DNA of 64,000 nucleotides from Candidatus Binatia bacterium (GCA_963664395.2 OY761159.2:1952001-2016000), one strand, 5' to 3'; positions 49,075-59,307 are shown, counted from the first letter of the stretch. The notes: generated by a model not told the origin, from the sequence alone. Translations and numbers: made by a program.

Positions 49075-49761
49075 TTACGCTCCCTGATCAATAATCTCCT
49101 GGGCCGTGCGGAAGACGGCATGAAACATGGGCTGCGTCAGCCGGCCGGTAAAGGTGTTCTGTTGGCTGGGATGGTAGGAAGCGATGAGGCTGACGCCGTC
49201 CAGGTCGTAGCGCCTGCCATGTCCGAATTTCGGCTTGGGCGTCGGTACGTTCAGGCCGACTTTTCGGCGGGCTTTGAGATAGGCTGAAAAAGCCAACTGC
49301 CCCAGCGCCACAACGACCCTGACGTGTTTCAGCAGTTGGATTTCACGCAGCAAATAGGGTTGACACGCTTCGAATTCTTCTCGCGACGGCTTGTTGTCCG
49401 GCGGCGCACAATGGACGGCAGCCGTGATATAAGAGTCCTGTAACATCAGGCCATCGTTGCTATCGATTGACGTCGGCTGGTTGGCGAATCCATAGGCGTA
49501 CAATGCTCCGAAAACCCAGTCCCCGGACCGGTCACCCGTAAACACCCGTCCCGTCCGATTGCCGCCATGCGCGGCCGGCGCAAGGCCAACGACATACAGG
49601 CGTGCATTTCGGTCACCAAGGCTCGGCACCGGCTTGCCCCAATAGTCCCAGTCACGGTAGCGTTTGACTTTCTCCTGGGCCGTGCGCCGGCAGTGTTGAA
49701 TAAGCCGGGGACAGCGCTGGCAGGCAACGATCTGACGTTGGAGTTGGGCGATGGTCCGCAT
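49075..49761 (-). CDS. Uracil-DNA glycosylase family 5 (UdgB-like)
   Basis: CQRCPRL, GLAPAAHGGNRTGRVFTGDRSG, CAPPDNKP, YHPSQQNT. Confidence 0.92.
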   Translation of the reverse strand: MRTIAQLQRQIVACQRCPRLIQHCRRTAQEKVKRYRDWDYWGKPVPSLGDRNARLYVVGLAPAAHGGNRTGRVFTGDRSGDWVFGALYAYGFANQPTSIDSNDGLMLQDSYITAAVHCAPPDNKPSREEFEACQPYLLREIQLLKHVRVVVALGQLAFSAYLKARRKVGLNVPTPKPKFGHGRRYDLDGVSLIASYHPSQQNTFTGRLTQPMFHAVFRTAQEIIDQGA

Positions 49762-49798
49762 CGGTAAGCCGGAATCCCCGTCTCCTTAGCGGCTGGCT

Positions 49799-51265
49799 TT
49801 ACAAACTCAACACATATTGCACGAGCGTCCGCACGCCAAAGCCGGTGCCGCCTCTCGGGGCCCGCTCTGAAAAGGCCGGACCGGCAATATCCAGATGCGC
49901 CCAGGGAACATCCGAGACAAACTCTTCAAGAAAAAGCGCCGCGGTAATCGCCCCGCCATAGCCCCCACCGATATTTTTAATGTCGGCAATGGAACTCTTG
50001 ATGTCGTCCTTATACTCCTTCACCAGGGGCATAGGCCACAATTGCTCGCCCGTCTCTTTGCTGCTTGCTAACAGATCATCAGTCAGCTTTTGATTATTGC
50101 TGAACAGCCCGGCGACTTGGGAGCCAAGGGCGACCATGCAGGCACCGGTCAGGGTGGCCAGGTCAATAATGACATCGGGCTTGTCTTCTACGGCACAGAT
50201 CAGCGCATCAGCCAGGATTAAACGGCCTTCTGCATCCGTATTGAGCACCTCGACGGTTTTGCCGTTTCGATAGCTAATTATATCACCGGGTTTCTGAGCC
50301 GTGCCGCTCGGCATATTTTCAGATGACGGCACATATCCCGTGACCTGCACCGGCGGTTTGAGCGCGGCAATCGCCCGCATCGTCCCCAGCACAGTTGCGC
50401 CACCCGACATATCAATCTTCATTGTCTCCATGGACTTGGCCGGCTTGAGCGAAAGTCCACCGGAGTCAAAGGTGAGCCCCTTGCCGACGAGAGCCACTTT
50501 CTTCTTGGGCTTTGTGGCGGGGGTATAGCTCAGCTTGATGAAGCGCGGCTCTTCCGGACCGCCACGCGAAACCGCCAGCAGCCCGTGCATTTTGGCCGCC
50601 TTGATCTTGTTCACACCCCAAACTTCGGTCTTGAGTCCGTTTCCGTCAGCGAGCTTTTTGGCTTGATTGGCCAGATACGTTGGGGTTGAAACCGAAGCGG
50701 GTTCATTGACTAAATCGCGTGCCAGAAAGACGCCCGGAACCGTATTTTGAACCGTTTCGAGGGCGCGGCTCAGCCGAGCGCTTTTCCTGAGACCGGGACC
50801 GACCAGAGTGAAGGTCTCAATGACCGTCTTCTTCCCGTTGTTGGATTTATACTTGAGGAAGGCATAACCGGACAGTAGTATCCCTTCGAGGACAGCGGCG
50901 CCCATATCCTGAACATCCGGACCTGGCTCGACAAACCACGCCAGGCTCTTCGCTCGTTGCTCCTGTGCCTGGCGGCGGGCCGTGGCTCCGACCTGACGCC
51001 ATGTCGCCGTCTCAATGCTCCCGTGCTTCCCGAGTCCAACCAGCAGAACCTCCACGCTTGGGAGGCGTTTATGCGTTTGGAACAGGAGCGTCTCGCCACG
51101 TTTGCCCTGGAATCGGCTGCGTCTCACCTGCTCGCGCAGCGCACCATCCACAGGAGCATCAAGGGCTTTCAGGTGGGCGGCATGCTGTCTCCCTTGAACG
51201 ACCGGGACAACCAGCAGGTCAGTGCGGACTGCCGTAATGGATTGCGATTGGACCCGAACGTTCAT
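49799..51265 (-). CDS. pepA: Leucyl aminopeptidase (M17)
   Basis: VGKGLTFDSGG, MKIDMSG, NTDAEGRL, ATLTGA, HLDIAG. Confidence 0.95.
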   Translation of the reverse strand: MNVRVQSQSITAVRTDLLVVPVVQGRQHAAHLKALDAPVDGALREQVRRSRFQGKRGETLLFQTHKRLPSVEVLLVGLGKHGSIETATWRQVGATARRQAQEQRAKSLAWFVEPGPDVQDMGAAVLEGILLSGYAFLKYKSNNGKKTVIETFTLVGPGLRKSARLSRALETVQNTVPGVFLARDLVNEPASVSTPTYLANQAKKLADGNGLKTEVWGVNKIKAAKMHGLLAVSRGGPEEPRFIKLSYTPATKPKKKVALVGKGLTFDSGGLSLKPAKSMETMKIDMSGGATVLGTMRAIAALKPPVQVTGYVPSSENMPSGTAQKPGDIISYRNGKTVEVLNTDAEGRLILADALICAVEDKPDVIIDLATLTGACMVALGSQVAGLFSNNQKLTDDLLASSKETGEQLWPMPLVKEYKDDIKSSIADIKNIGGGYGGAITAALFLEEFVSDVPWAHLDIAGPAFSERAPRGGTGFGVRTLVQYVLSL

Positions 51266-51335
51266 AGCCGTCTTCCTTTCATGCCTAAGCGGTTAGGGGT
51301 AGGGAGCAGTCCGAGAGGGCGGTGTAGACGGACAG

Positions 51336-51367
51336 AAAAAAGGAGAGGGTTCCCCTACCCTTTCTCG
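51336..51367 (-). terminator. Possible intrinsic terminator
   Basis: Minus strand AGGGT..ACCCT stem followed closely by TTTTTT. Confidence 0.4.
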
Positions 51368-51401
51368 TAAAAGCCTGGGCTGAGGCCGAAGCAAAAGAAT
51401 A

Positions 51402-51569
51402 TTACGCAGCCGGGGCCGCTTCACGTGCCAGGGCGCGCAACTGCCGTTTAACAGAACGGATATTGCGTCGGACCTTTTTGAGTTCTGTGTGTTCCTTTTG
51501 CTCCAGGGCCGTATCACGTTGCCCTTTGAGCTCTTTCATCTGTTTTTTCAGGTCGGCCTTTTCTGCCAT
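51402..51569 (-). CDS. Small basic coiled-coil protein (55 aa, absent from the ORF track)
   Basis: MAEKADLKKQMKELKGQRDTALEQKEHTELKKVRRNIRSVKRQLRALAREAAPAA*; TAAGGA SD. Confidence 0.65.
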   Translation of the reverse strand: MAEKADLKKQMKELKGQRDTALEQKEHTELKKVRRNIRSVKRQLRALAREAAPAA

Positions 51570-51584
51570 GATTTTTTCCTTACG

Positions 51585-51893
51585 CTACTCTTCTTTTTCT
51601 TCTTGTTCCCGGTTTGGCTTGAATGTCTTTTTTGCCAGATAAAACATTGCCGCGCCAGCCACCCCATACATCAGTATGCCCTCAACCAGCCCGACTCCGC
51701 CGGCGAGCATGAGCACCAGGACAACCAGCGCTGTCCCGGTGACAGCCACAACCTTTTCAATCCGCTCCTCTCGGTCGCGGACTTCTTCCACATGCGCACT
51801 CACCCGCGTTCCGCACTCCGGACAACGACCATTGCGCTTGCGGTAGAGAATCTTTCCACACTGGGGACAGGGAATCCGGAGATAGAGTGGCAT
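51585..51893 (-). CDS. Small zinc-ribbon membrane protein
   Basis: CPQC..CPEC followed by two TM helices. Confidence 0.7.
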   Translation of the reverse strand: MPLYLRIPCPQCGKILYRKRNGRCPECGTRVSAHVEEVRDREERIEKVVAVTGTALVVLVLMLAGGVGLVEGILMYGVAGAAMFYLAKKTFKPNREQEEKEE

Positions 51894-51900
51894 ACGCTGG

Positions 51901-51952
51901 AAAAACGAAAAAGGCCCCGGCTCGTCACACGCAGAGACAAACAGGGGCCTTC
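51901..51952 (-). terminator. Intrinsic terminator candidate after korB
   Basis: AAGGCCCC..GGGGCCTT inverted repeat with T-tracts on the minus strand. Confidence 0.55.
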
Positions 51953-51967
51953 TCAATTACTTACGAA

Positions 51968-52981
51968 CTATTCGACTGACCAGACGTCTCCACGATGCAG
52001 GAGGGCATCAATGTTCCCTGGTCCGGACTTTTCGACAGAGTCCTGAATCTGTTTGTTCATCAAAGACTCAATCGTCGGGCGTTGGGTTGAAAACAGCACA
52101 CCAACCGGCGTGGGGAAGTTGGGCGGCGTCATGCGCCCGAGTAAATACGCCAAGGTTTGATCGTGTTCATCGTGTACCAACAGATCTGAGGTGCTGACGC
52201 CATTCCCAATGGTGACAACTTCAGGGGTTAAGCCGTTGAGGCGAATACCGCGCTCCTTGTTCTTGCCAAAAACCATGGGTTTACCATGCTCAAGAAGCAG
52301 TTGGGTGTCGGCCTTGGAGTTTTTATCCTTCAGATATTCCCATACCCCATCATTATAGACGTTACAGTTTTGTAGAATTTCAATAAATGCTCCACCCTTA
52401 TGGGCAGCTGCTCGCTTCAGCGTTTCCTGCTGATGCTTGGCTTCCGTGTCTATACTGCGTGCAATAAACGTGGCCTCTGCGCCTATCGCCAAGGAGATGG
52501 GGTTGAGCGGATGGTCAACCGAGCCCATTGGCGTGGACTTGGCAACCTTGCCGAGCTCTGAAGTCGGCGAGTATTGGCCTTTCGTAAGACCGTAGATCCG
52601 GTTGTTGAAAAGCATAATTTTTATCTCGACATTCCGGCGAAGCGCATGGATGAGATGATTGCCACCAATGCTCAAACCATCTCCGTCACCAGTGACGAGC
52701 CAAATGTACAGGTCGGGTCGGGAGATCTTGAGTCCAGTTGCAATCGCCGGAGCACGACCATGAATAGTATGAAAGCCATACGTATTCATGTAGTACGGGA
52801 AGCGACTCGAGCAGCCAATGCCGGAAATGAAGACCGCTTTTTCTTTTGGAATGCCAAGCTCAGGGAATATCTTTTGGACCTGAGCCAGAATGGCATAATC
52901 TCCACAGCCCGGACACCAACGGACATCCTGGTCTGAAACAAAGTCTTTTCGTGTTAGTTTTACCGCAGCTTCTGTACTCAT
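51968..52981 (-). CDS. korB: 2-oxoacid:ferredoxin oxidoreductase beta subunit
   Basis: WCPGCGD, SGIGCSSR, HGRA, GDGD..IGGNH, YGLTKGQYSPT. Confidence 0.93.
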   Translation of the reverse strand: MSTEAAVKLTRKDFVSDQDVRWCPGCGDYAILAQVQKIFPELGIPKEKAVFISGIGCSSRFPYYMNTYGFHTIHGRAPAIATGLKISRPDLYIWLVTGDGDGLSIGGNHLIHALRRNVEIKIMLFNNRIYGLTKGQYSPTSELGKVAKSTPMGSVDHPLNPISLAIGAEATFIARSIDTEAKHQQETLKRAAAHKGGAFIEILQNCNVYNDGVWEYLKDKNSKADTQLLLEHGKPMVFGKNKERGIRLNGLTPEVVTIGNGVSTSDLLVHDEHDQTLAYLLGRMTPPNFPTPVGVLFSTQRPTIESLMNKQIQDSVEKSGPGNIDALLHRGDVWSVE

Positions 52982-52986
52982 AGTCC

Positions 52987-54846
52987 TTAGTCCTCCAACA
53001 TACGGGCAATGCGAGTTGCAACTTCAGACACCTTAAATGGACGGCCTTGGATCTTGTTCAGCCCAACCGCGTCAATCAGGTATTCGGCTCGGATCAGCTT
53101 GAGGAGTTGACCCATGTTCATCTCAGGCACAAGCACCTTTTCATACCGGCCCAGCACGTCGCCCAGGTCGGCCGGCAGCGGGTTCAGATAGCGCAGATGG
53201 GCATGGGCGACCGCATGACCCTGCGCCTGCGCGGCCTCAACCGCAGCGGCAATCGCGCCATAGGTACTGCCCCAACCCAGAACCAACAGCTTGCCCTGCT
53301 CAGGCCCCTTCACTTGAGTAGGAGGAATCTCCTGCGTAACTTTCGCGACCTTTTTATGTCGCACGCGCACCATCTGTTCATGGTTGGCCGGGGCGTAGCT
53401 GATATTTCCCGTCAAGTAGTCTTTCTCAATGCCACCGATACGGTGCTCAAGGCCAGGGGTGCCGGGTTTGACCCATGGGCGGGCCAGGGTTTCTTCATCT
53501 CTCAAGTAGGGGAAGAAGCCTTGTGGATCAGTCCGAAATTCGACCGGAATACTGGGCAGGTCGTCTACATTCGGCAGGAGCCAGGGCTCCGAGGCGTTGG
53601 CCAGGAATCCGTCCGTCAAGAGGATGACCGGAGTCATGTACTTCATCGCGATCCGGGCCGCCTCAAAAGCGGCGTAAAAACAATCTGACGGCGTCGAGGC
53701 GGCAATCACGGGCAGCGGCGATTCTCCGTGCCGCCCATAGATCGCCTGCATCAGGTCGGTCTGCTCGGGCTTGGTCGGCATGCCCGTGCTCGGTCCGGCC
53801 CGCTGAATATTCGTGATCACCATCGGTAATTCAACTGTGGCCGCCAGCCCCATGGTCTCACCCTTGAGGTTCATCCCAGGGCCACTCGTGGTCGTAATTG
53901 CCAGTGCTCCACCAAAAGCGGCGCCTAACGCGGCACCGACCCCGGCGATTTCGTCTTCGGCTTGGAACGTATAGACGTTGTAGTTTTTGTATTCAGCTAA
54001 TTCGTGCAGCACATCACTGGCCGGCGTGATAGGATAGCTACCCAAGAAGAGCGGCAGCCCGGCCTTTTGGGCGGCAATAACAAAACCAAGGGCGGTCGCA
54101 GAGTTTCCAGTGATATTGCGATACGTACCAGGATCAATCTCGGCCGGCTTGACCTCATAGGACGAGGAAAACATGTCGGTATTTTCACCCAGATTATAGC
54201 CGCCTTTGATGGCCGCGGTGTTGGCCTCTGCCACAGCCGGATTCTTGCCGAATCGCTGCTGTATCCATTCCAGAGTAGGCTCAATCGGACGATTAAAGAG
54301 CCATGATACAACGCCCAAGGCAAAAAAGTTTCGACTCCGCATGACCGACCGGTTTGGCAGGCCCGTGTCCTTAAGAGCCAGGGTCGTCATTTTGGTGACT
54401 TCTACTTGATAGACCTGGTATTTATCCAGTGAATGGTCCTCAAGCGGGTTGATTTCGTATTCGGCTTTTCTCAGGTTGGCACTGTTAAATTCAGCCGGGT
54501 CAACGATGAGAATGCCATTCTGCTGCAAATCGGCAATATTCGTTTTGAGCGCCGCCGGATTCATGCACACCAGGGCATCGAGATCATCCCCGGGTGTATA
54601 CACATTTTTATTACTGAAATTAACCTGAAAAGCGCTCACACCGTACAGCGTACCGGTAGGGGCCCGGATTTCCGCCGGAAAGTCAGGGAGCGTCCCTACA
54701 TCATTCCCGGCAAAAACTGACTCGGATGTAAAACGGGTGCCGGTCAGTTGCATTCCATCACCAGAATCACCGGCAAAACGAATGACGACGCTTTCACGTT
54801 CCTGCCTCGGTTTTTGCAGGGGCACCCCCGCTGGATTGGTGGCCAT
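52987..54846 (-). CDS. korA: 2-oxoacid:ferredoxin oxidoreductase alpha(gamma) subunit
   Basis: FAGDSGDG, PAEIR, YPITPAS, QAEDEI, TSGPG, QRAGPSTGMPT. Confidence 0.93.
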   Translation of the reverse strand: MATNPAGVPLQKPRQERESVVIRFAGDSGDGMQLTGTRFTSESVFAGNDVGTLPDFPAEIRAPTGTLYGVSAFQVNFSNKNVYTPGDDLDALVCMNPAALKTNIADLQQNGILIVDPAEFNSANLRKAEYEINPLEDHSLDKYQVYQVEVTKMTTLALKDTGLPNRSVMRSRNFFALGVVSWLFNRPIEPTLEWIQQRFGKNPAVAEANTAAIKGGYNLGENTDMFSSSYEVKPAEIDPGTYRNITGNSATALGFVIAAQKAGLPLFLGSYPITPASDVLHELAEYKNYNVYTFQAEDEIAGVGAALGAAFGGALAITTTSGPGMNLKGETMGLAATVELPMVITNIQRAGPSTGMPTKPEQTDLMQAIYGRHGESPLPVIAASTPSDCFYAAFEAARIAMKYMTPVILLTDGFLANASEPWLLPNVDDLPSIPVEFRTDPQGFFPYLRDEETLARPWVKPGTPGLEHRIGGIEKDYLTGNISYAPANHEQMVRVRHKKVAKVTQEIPPTQVKGPEQGKLLVLGWGSTYGAIAAAVEAAQAQGHAVAHAHLRYLNPLPADLGDVLGRYEKVLVPEMNMGQLLKLIRAEYLIDAVGLNKIQGRPFKVSEVATRIARMLED

Positions 54847-54996
54847 GGAATCTCCTCCTCAGCTGCTGTTACTGTGCTTTTCGCCTGGAATTGTTACGGA
54901 TAAGTCTGAATATGACACTGAAGATTACAGATTGGCACAATATCCGACGTTCTGAAAGATTACAAGTTCAACACAAGAGTCAGGCTGTCACCTAGG

Positions 54997-56703
54997 TTAC
55001 AAAAAACGCAGAGAAAACGGAATAATTGCCCATACCCGGTCGCGCGCCCACGACCAGCCGGTTGTGTGTATTGTCCGACCCCAAGGCAGGAGGCGTAAAA
55101 GAGATGGGAAGCGGAGGAGCGAAGCGGGCTTAGGGAAACGTTCGACCCCAACCGGCCAGTTGTCAGGTATCCCGACTTGATGCTTGAGTTCGGCCAAGGC
55201 TTCCTCCAACCCACCTATCCGGTCAACCAGACCTCGGGCCATCGCCTGCCTCCCGCTCCACACTCGTCCCTGGGCACAGGCGTCAACCGTCTCATAACTG
55301 AGCGACCGACACTGCGCGACTTTTTTGACAAAGTCGTGATAGAAACTCTGGATTTCAATATCCATACGCTCTTGTTCGGCCGGACCAAAGGCCAAATAAT
55401 CAGAGAACAGCGCCGCCCGCTTGCCTCGGGTCAGGATTTCCTTATCCAGACCAAGCTGCGCATAGAGTCCCTGCAATACCGCCTTACCGGCAATGACTCC
55501 AATAGAGCCGGTAATCGTTCCTTCCTCAGCAAAAACAGTCGTACCGGCCAGCGCGATGTAATATCCGCCGGAAGCAGCCACATCGCCCATAGAGATAATC
55601 ACCGGCTTCTCTTCTTTTGTTTGGAGAATCTCGTGCCAGACCAGATCGGAGGCCAGCCCGGAGCCGCCCGGACTCGACACCCGGATCATAATGCCCGCGA
55701 TACCGGGGTCTTCGCGCACCTGCTGGAGGTCTCGGATCATACTGGCAGAGCCGCTGGACCGAATCCCGTCACTCCCGGTCTCGGTTTCTCCGCGCGTAAT
55801 CGTGCCGCCCACCGTCATGAAGGCCATCCGCACCGGAGGATAGCGCAGCGCCCGGCGCCGCATGAGTCGCCCCCGGCGGCGCAGATAGGCACCCGCTTCA
55901 ATGACCTGCACGCGCTCGGTCGCGTTTACGCCATCCGCCTGTCCTCCGCGGTCTTCGAGCCAGTGCGGGATATCATCTTCATAGCCAATATGATCAATCA
56001 GGCCCGCTTCCTGGGCTTCGTGCGGCAGAAACAGCCCCTGGTCAATGAGTGCACGAACGGTGGCTGTGTCGGTATTCCGGGTTGAGGCGACTCCTTCGAC
56101 AATCTGATCGTACAGGTCATCCAGGAGGCTATTCATCATCTCCCGATGTGGCTCAGAAAGCGACGTCCGCGTAAATGGCTCCCCGGCCGACTTATACTGC
56201 CCGGCCTGACTGACCTGGGCTTCAATGCCCAGCTTGTCGAGCGCGCCCTTAAAGAACATTGTTTCTGCGGCAAGACCGGTGATGGCCAGGTGACCGGCCG
56301 GCGCCATCGCCACCGCGTTTGCCGCACTGGCGAGGTAATACTCCTGGGTGCCCCCCTCGGCCAGATAGACCAGGACGTATTTCCCGGCTTGACGGAGGGC
56401 CTGAATGGAGCGCCGCATATTTTGCAGCCGAGCCCAGCCCGTGTCCAGATTGTCGATGCTGAGAACAACAGTGCTGAGCTGCTCGTCCTCCCGCGCCCAG
56501 CGCAGTACGGTGGTCAGGGTAAAAAGATCCAGAGAGGTTGAACGTCGAAACGGCAGACTGCCCAAGACATCATCTTCAGCAAAAGAGCCGGTGAGCTCCA
56601 TCTGAAGGGTATTATACGGCTTGTGCCGTCCGGTGAGGCGCGCCAGAAGATCGATGCTCCAAAGCACGCCACGAGTAATGTTGCGGAACAGGAAGCGTAT
56701 CAC
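54997..56703 (-). CDS. sppA: Signal peptide peptidase SppA (tandem S49 domains)
   Basis: [39 protein letters not shown]. Confidence 0.92.
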   Translation of the reverse strand: MIRFLFRNITRGVLWSIDLLARLTGRHKPYNTLQMELTGSFAEDDVLGSLPFRRSTSLDLFTLTTVLRWAREDEQLSTVVLSIDNLDTGWARLQNMRRSIQALRQAGKYVLVYLAEGGTQEYYLASAANAVAMAPAGHLAITGLAAETMFFKGALDKLGIEAQVSQAGQYKSAGEPFTRTSLSEPHREMMNSLLDDLYDQIVEGVASTRNTDTATVRALIDQGLFLPHEAQEAGLIDHIGYEDDIPHWLEDRGGQADGVNATERVQVIEAGAYLRRRGRLMRRRALRYPPVRMAFMTVGGTITRGETETGSDGIRSSGSASMIRDLQQVREDPGIAGIMIRVSSPGGSGLASDLVWHEILQTKEEKPVIISMGDVAASGGYYIALAGTTVFAEEGTITGSIGVIAGKAVLQGLYAQLGLDKEILTRGKRAALFSDYLAFGPAEQERMDIEIQSFYHDFVKKVAQCRSLSYETVDACAQGRVWSGRQAMARGLVDRIGGLEEALAELKHQVGIPDNWPVGVERFPKPASLLRFPSLLRLLPWGRTIHTTGWSWARDRVWAIIPFSLRFL

Positions 56704-56904
56704 AACTGCGAACAGTCTACGCTCCCCTCATTGTCTTCAGCAAGGGTAGCTTGTCTATCCCTTCTCGTTTGTCTCTGATCCACGATATGAGGGCCATCAC
56801 GCACATCTCAGTGCAGCACGGCTTCGAGCAGTCCGACGACCCGCGCGAGGTCCTTGTCTGGGACTTCGTCTATGAGCTTTGCCGCCCTTGTCCGCAATCG
56901 GCGT

Positions 56905-57052
56905 ACTAGCGCGATTCACGATTCTGTGTCGCCACCTGGATTCCTGCGGAAGCAGGAATCCAGGCTCCCGCCCCCCCACCTCTGGATGCCGGATCAAGTC
57001 CGGCATGACGAGAGCGAAACGGCACGGCTACAGCCTAGCGTGAAACGCTCTA
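56905..57052. mobile_element. MITE-like element (about 148 bp) with internal REP-like hairpins, copy 1
   Basis: Ends TAGCGCGATTCACG / CGTGAAACGCTCTA form a 12-of-14 inverted repeat with CTAG at both ends; internal 13-bp stem CCTGGATTCCTGC-ggaa-GCAGGAATCCAGG and ATGCCGGA-tcaag-TCCGGCAT. Confidence 0.7.
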
Positions 57053-57110
57053 GCTCGCCATTTTCAAAACACAACATTCTCAACATTCTATAGATGGAAA
57101 TCTACCAATA

Positions 57111-57152
57111 GTGGCAGCAGATAGTCAGAATTTTGCGATGACGGAGTTCGAG
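57111..57152 (+). pseudogene. Short relic of a WQQxSQNF C-terminal motif
   Basis: GTGGCAGCAGATAGTCAGAATTTTG matches GTGGCAGCAGAACAGTCAGAATTTTG at 58858 with a 1-nt deletion. Confidence 0.55.
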
Positions 57153-57227
57153 AAAGGGCTCTCTGCCGGCTGCCCTGCCTGGATTCCTCTCGCATTATCT
57201 GGAGGGTATCCATCATTTTATTTAATT

Positions 57228-57245
57228 TTCCTCCCATTTTAGGTG
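57228..57245 (+). promoter_or_regulatory. Conserved upstream motif TTCCTCCCATTTTAGGTG, copy 1
   Basis: Identical 18-mer at 58601; 13-bp core at 59293. Confidence 0.6.
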
Positions 57246-57387
57246 TGTCCGGCGCGACATTATGGTGTATGGGATCATGTCACATACCTTCATAACGACA
57301 GTATGCATGTGTAGATATTCAACCGTCACTCGGCGAAGAACCGTTCTGGCACGGGAGGAGCCGGCAGGCGTAGTGCAGTGAAGTATC

Positions 57388-58521
57388 ATGAGCGACCAAG
57401 ACGCATTCGAACGGATCCTGGCGTCATTGTACGACGCCATGCTCGACGACACCCACTGGCCTGCCACCTCGGCCCTGATTGATGAGGCCTGCGGCACGAA
57501 GGGTACTGCGCTAATGGTCGGCAAAGGCCCGCAGGACGACGTCCGGGTCCTTTTCGTGGGGCTCTACTACCGGGGGGAGCGCCGCGTAGACCTGGAGCGC
57601 GACTACCTCGAAATCTACCATCCCATAGACGAACACGTACCGCGTTTCCGGCAACTGCCCGACAGCCGCGTGGTGCACGTCACCGACCTGTACACGGCCG
57701 AGGAGTTGAAGACCTCGCCCACCTACAACGAGTATCTTCACCGGGGCGATGGCCAGGATGGCTTGAATGTGCGGCTGGACGGGCCGGACGGCTCCCACAT
57801 CACCTGGGCCACCTGTGACCCGGTCACCCCGGGCGGCTGGGGGTCCTCGCAACTCGCGATGATCGAGCGTCTGCTGCCCCATCTCCGGCAATTCGTGCGC
57901 GTCCGGCATGCGCTGGGCGGTGCCGAGGCGCTGGGCGCGTCCGTGACCGACCTGCTCGACAACACCCGGATTGGGGTCATCCACCTGGACCAGCGGGGGC
58001 AGATCATGGTGGCGAATGACCGCGCCCGGGCCATTCTCCGGCACGGCGATGGGTTGTCGGACCGGGGCGGGGTGCTGCGCGCCCAGGTGCCGGCCGACCA
58101 CACCCGGCTTGAGCGGCTGGTGGCCGGGGCGCTGTCGTCTACCGGGGCCGCCGTCAGTGGGTCGATGCTGCTCCACCGCTCGTCTGTGTTGTCGCCGTTC
58201 GTGGTGCATGTCAAACCCGTGGGCGTCCGGCAGCCGGACTACGGCGCCCGGCGCGTCGCTGCGCTGATTCTGATTGTCGAGCCGGGGCGCCAGACCCGCA
58301 TCGATCCCGCTCTGGTGGCCACGGTCCTGGGGCTCACGCTGACGGAGAGTCTGATCGCGGTCTGGTTGGCGGAAGGCAAGACCGTGCGTGACATTGCCGG
58401 GGCGACGGGGCGGCGGGAGGGCGCAATCTATTGGCACTTGAAGCAGATTTACCACAAGCTGGATCTCTCCCGGCAGGTGGACCTGGTGCGGCTGGTGCTG
58501 TCGCTCGCCGAGTTTGTGTGA
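57388..58521 (+). CDS. LuxR-type C-terminal HTH regulator with N-terminal GAF/PAS-like sensor region
   Basis: IGVIHLDQRGQIMVANDRA (PAS-like); LGLTLTESLIAVWLAEGKTVRDIA..HLKQIYHKLDLSRQVDLV (LuxR HTH). Confidence 0.88.
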   Translation: MSDQDAFERILASLYDAMLDDTHWPATSALIDEACGTKGTALMVGKGPQDDVRVLFVGLYYRGERRVDLERDYLEIYHPIDEHVPRFRQLPDSRVVHVTDLYTAEELKTSPTYNEYLHRGDGQDGLNVRLDGPDGSHITWATCDPVTPGGWGSSQLAMIERLLPHLRQFVRVRHALGGAEALGASVTDLLDNTRIGVIHLDQRGQIMVANDRARAILRHGDGLSDRGGVLRAQVPADHTRLERLVAGALSSTGAAVSGSMLLHRSSVLSPFVVHVKPVGVRQPDYGARRVAALILIVEPGRQTRIDPALVATVLGLTLTESLIAVWLAEGKTVRDIAGATGRREGAIYWHLKQIYHKLDLSRQVDLVRLVLSLAEFV

Positions 58522-58600
58522 GCGGAGCGGGCGCCCCGCCTCCACACTGCGCCCCAGGCTTCCGCCTCCCCTGGCGGCGCCTGCTGACCTGGGGTCATTA

Positions 58601-58618
58601 TTCCTCCCATTTTAGGTG
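58601..58618 (+). promoter_or_regulatory. Conserved upstream motif, copy 2
   Basis: TTCCTCCCATTTTAGGTG, upstream of a gene relic. Confidence 0.6.
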
Positions 58619-58750
58619 CGCGCGCCGCGGCGAAATGGTGAATGGTGCAAGAGTGGCCAGTGAGGGGACGGAGACGGAGAAGCGATATGCGAGCGGCCCG
58701 TGGCCCGGATATTTGTCATTATCGGTAACGAGTGAGCGGCCGGCTCGTGA

Positions 58751-58903
58751 CGGGTGACGACCGTGGGGGAAGGGACCGAGGCAGAGTTTCTGCGGGATGT
58801 TGAGGGAGAATGTACAGTCGAGGACTTCCCCATGCTCGGCGAGACGGTGCTGTTGGAGTGGCAGCAGAACAGTCAGAATTTTGTCATTACGGACGTGGAG
58901 TAG
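58751..58903 (+). pseudogene. C-terminal relic of a deleted gene
   Basis: RVTTVGEGTEAEFLRDVEGECTVEDFPMLGETVLLEWQQNSQNFVITDVE*; an in-frame TGA lies immediately upstream. Confidence 0.65.
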
Positions 58904-58980
58904 AGGACCTGCTCACCCCGACCCTGCGACACGCTCAGGGGGCGGACCGGCGCTCCAGAACCCCAGGGTGCATCCCATGC

Positions 58981-59129
58981 ACTAGCGCAAATCACGCTGC
59001 TGTGTAGCCGCCCGTCATTCCGGCGAAAGCAGGCATCCAGGCCCCCGCCCCCCGACCTCCGGATGCCGGATCACGTCCGGCATGACGAGCGCGTACGGGC
59101 ACGGCTACAGACTAACGTGAAACGCTCTA
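58981..59129. mobile_element. MITE-like element, copy 2 (same orientation as copy 1)
   Basis: ACTAGCGC..GGATGCCGGATCACGTCCGGCATGACGAG..GGCACGGCTACAG..CGTGAAACGCTCTA aligns end to end with 56905-57052. Confidence 0.7.
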
Positions 59130-59292
59130 ATTTCGAGGCCAATGCCAGATGACAACAGAACGATAGGGGGCCGCCCTCCGTTCTCTCACATGCGCGCACG
59201 GCTTTTCGGGTCCAGTTGAGCGGGCCGCCCCCCGGCCCGACCAGGCGGGTGCACCGGTAGGGGTGCGCCGCCCTCGGCCTGCGGTGTGAAGA

Positions 59293-59307
59293 TTCCTCCC
59301 ATTTTGG
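59293..59307 (+). promoter_or_regulatory. Conserved upstream motif, copy 3
   Basis: TTCCTCCCATTTTGG about 60 nt before the first GH16-like gene. Confidence 0.55.

Noticed and set aside
56905-59307. CRISPR array suggested by the repeated sequences
   Set aside because: Repeats are few, about 0.7-2 kb apart, without regular spacers, and there are no cas genes
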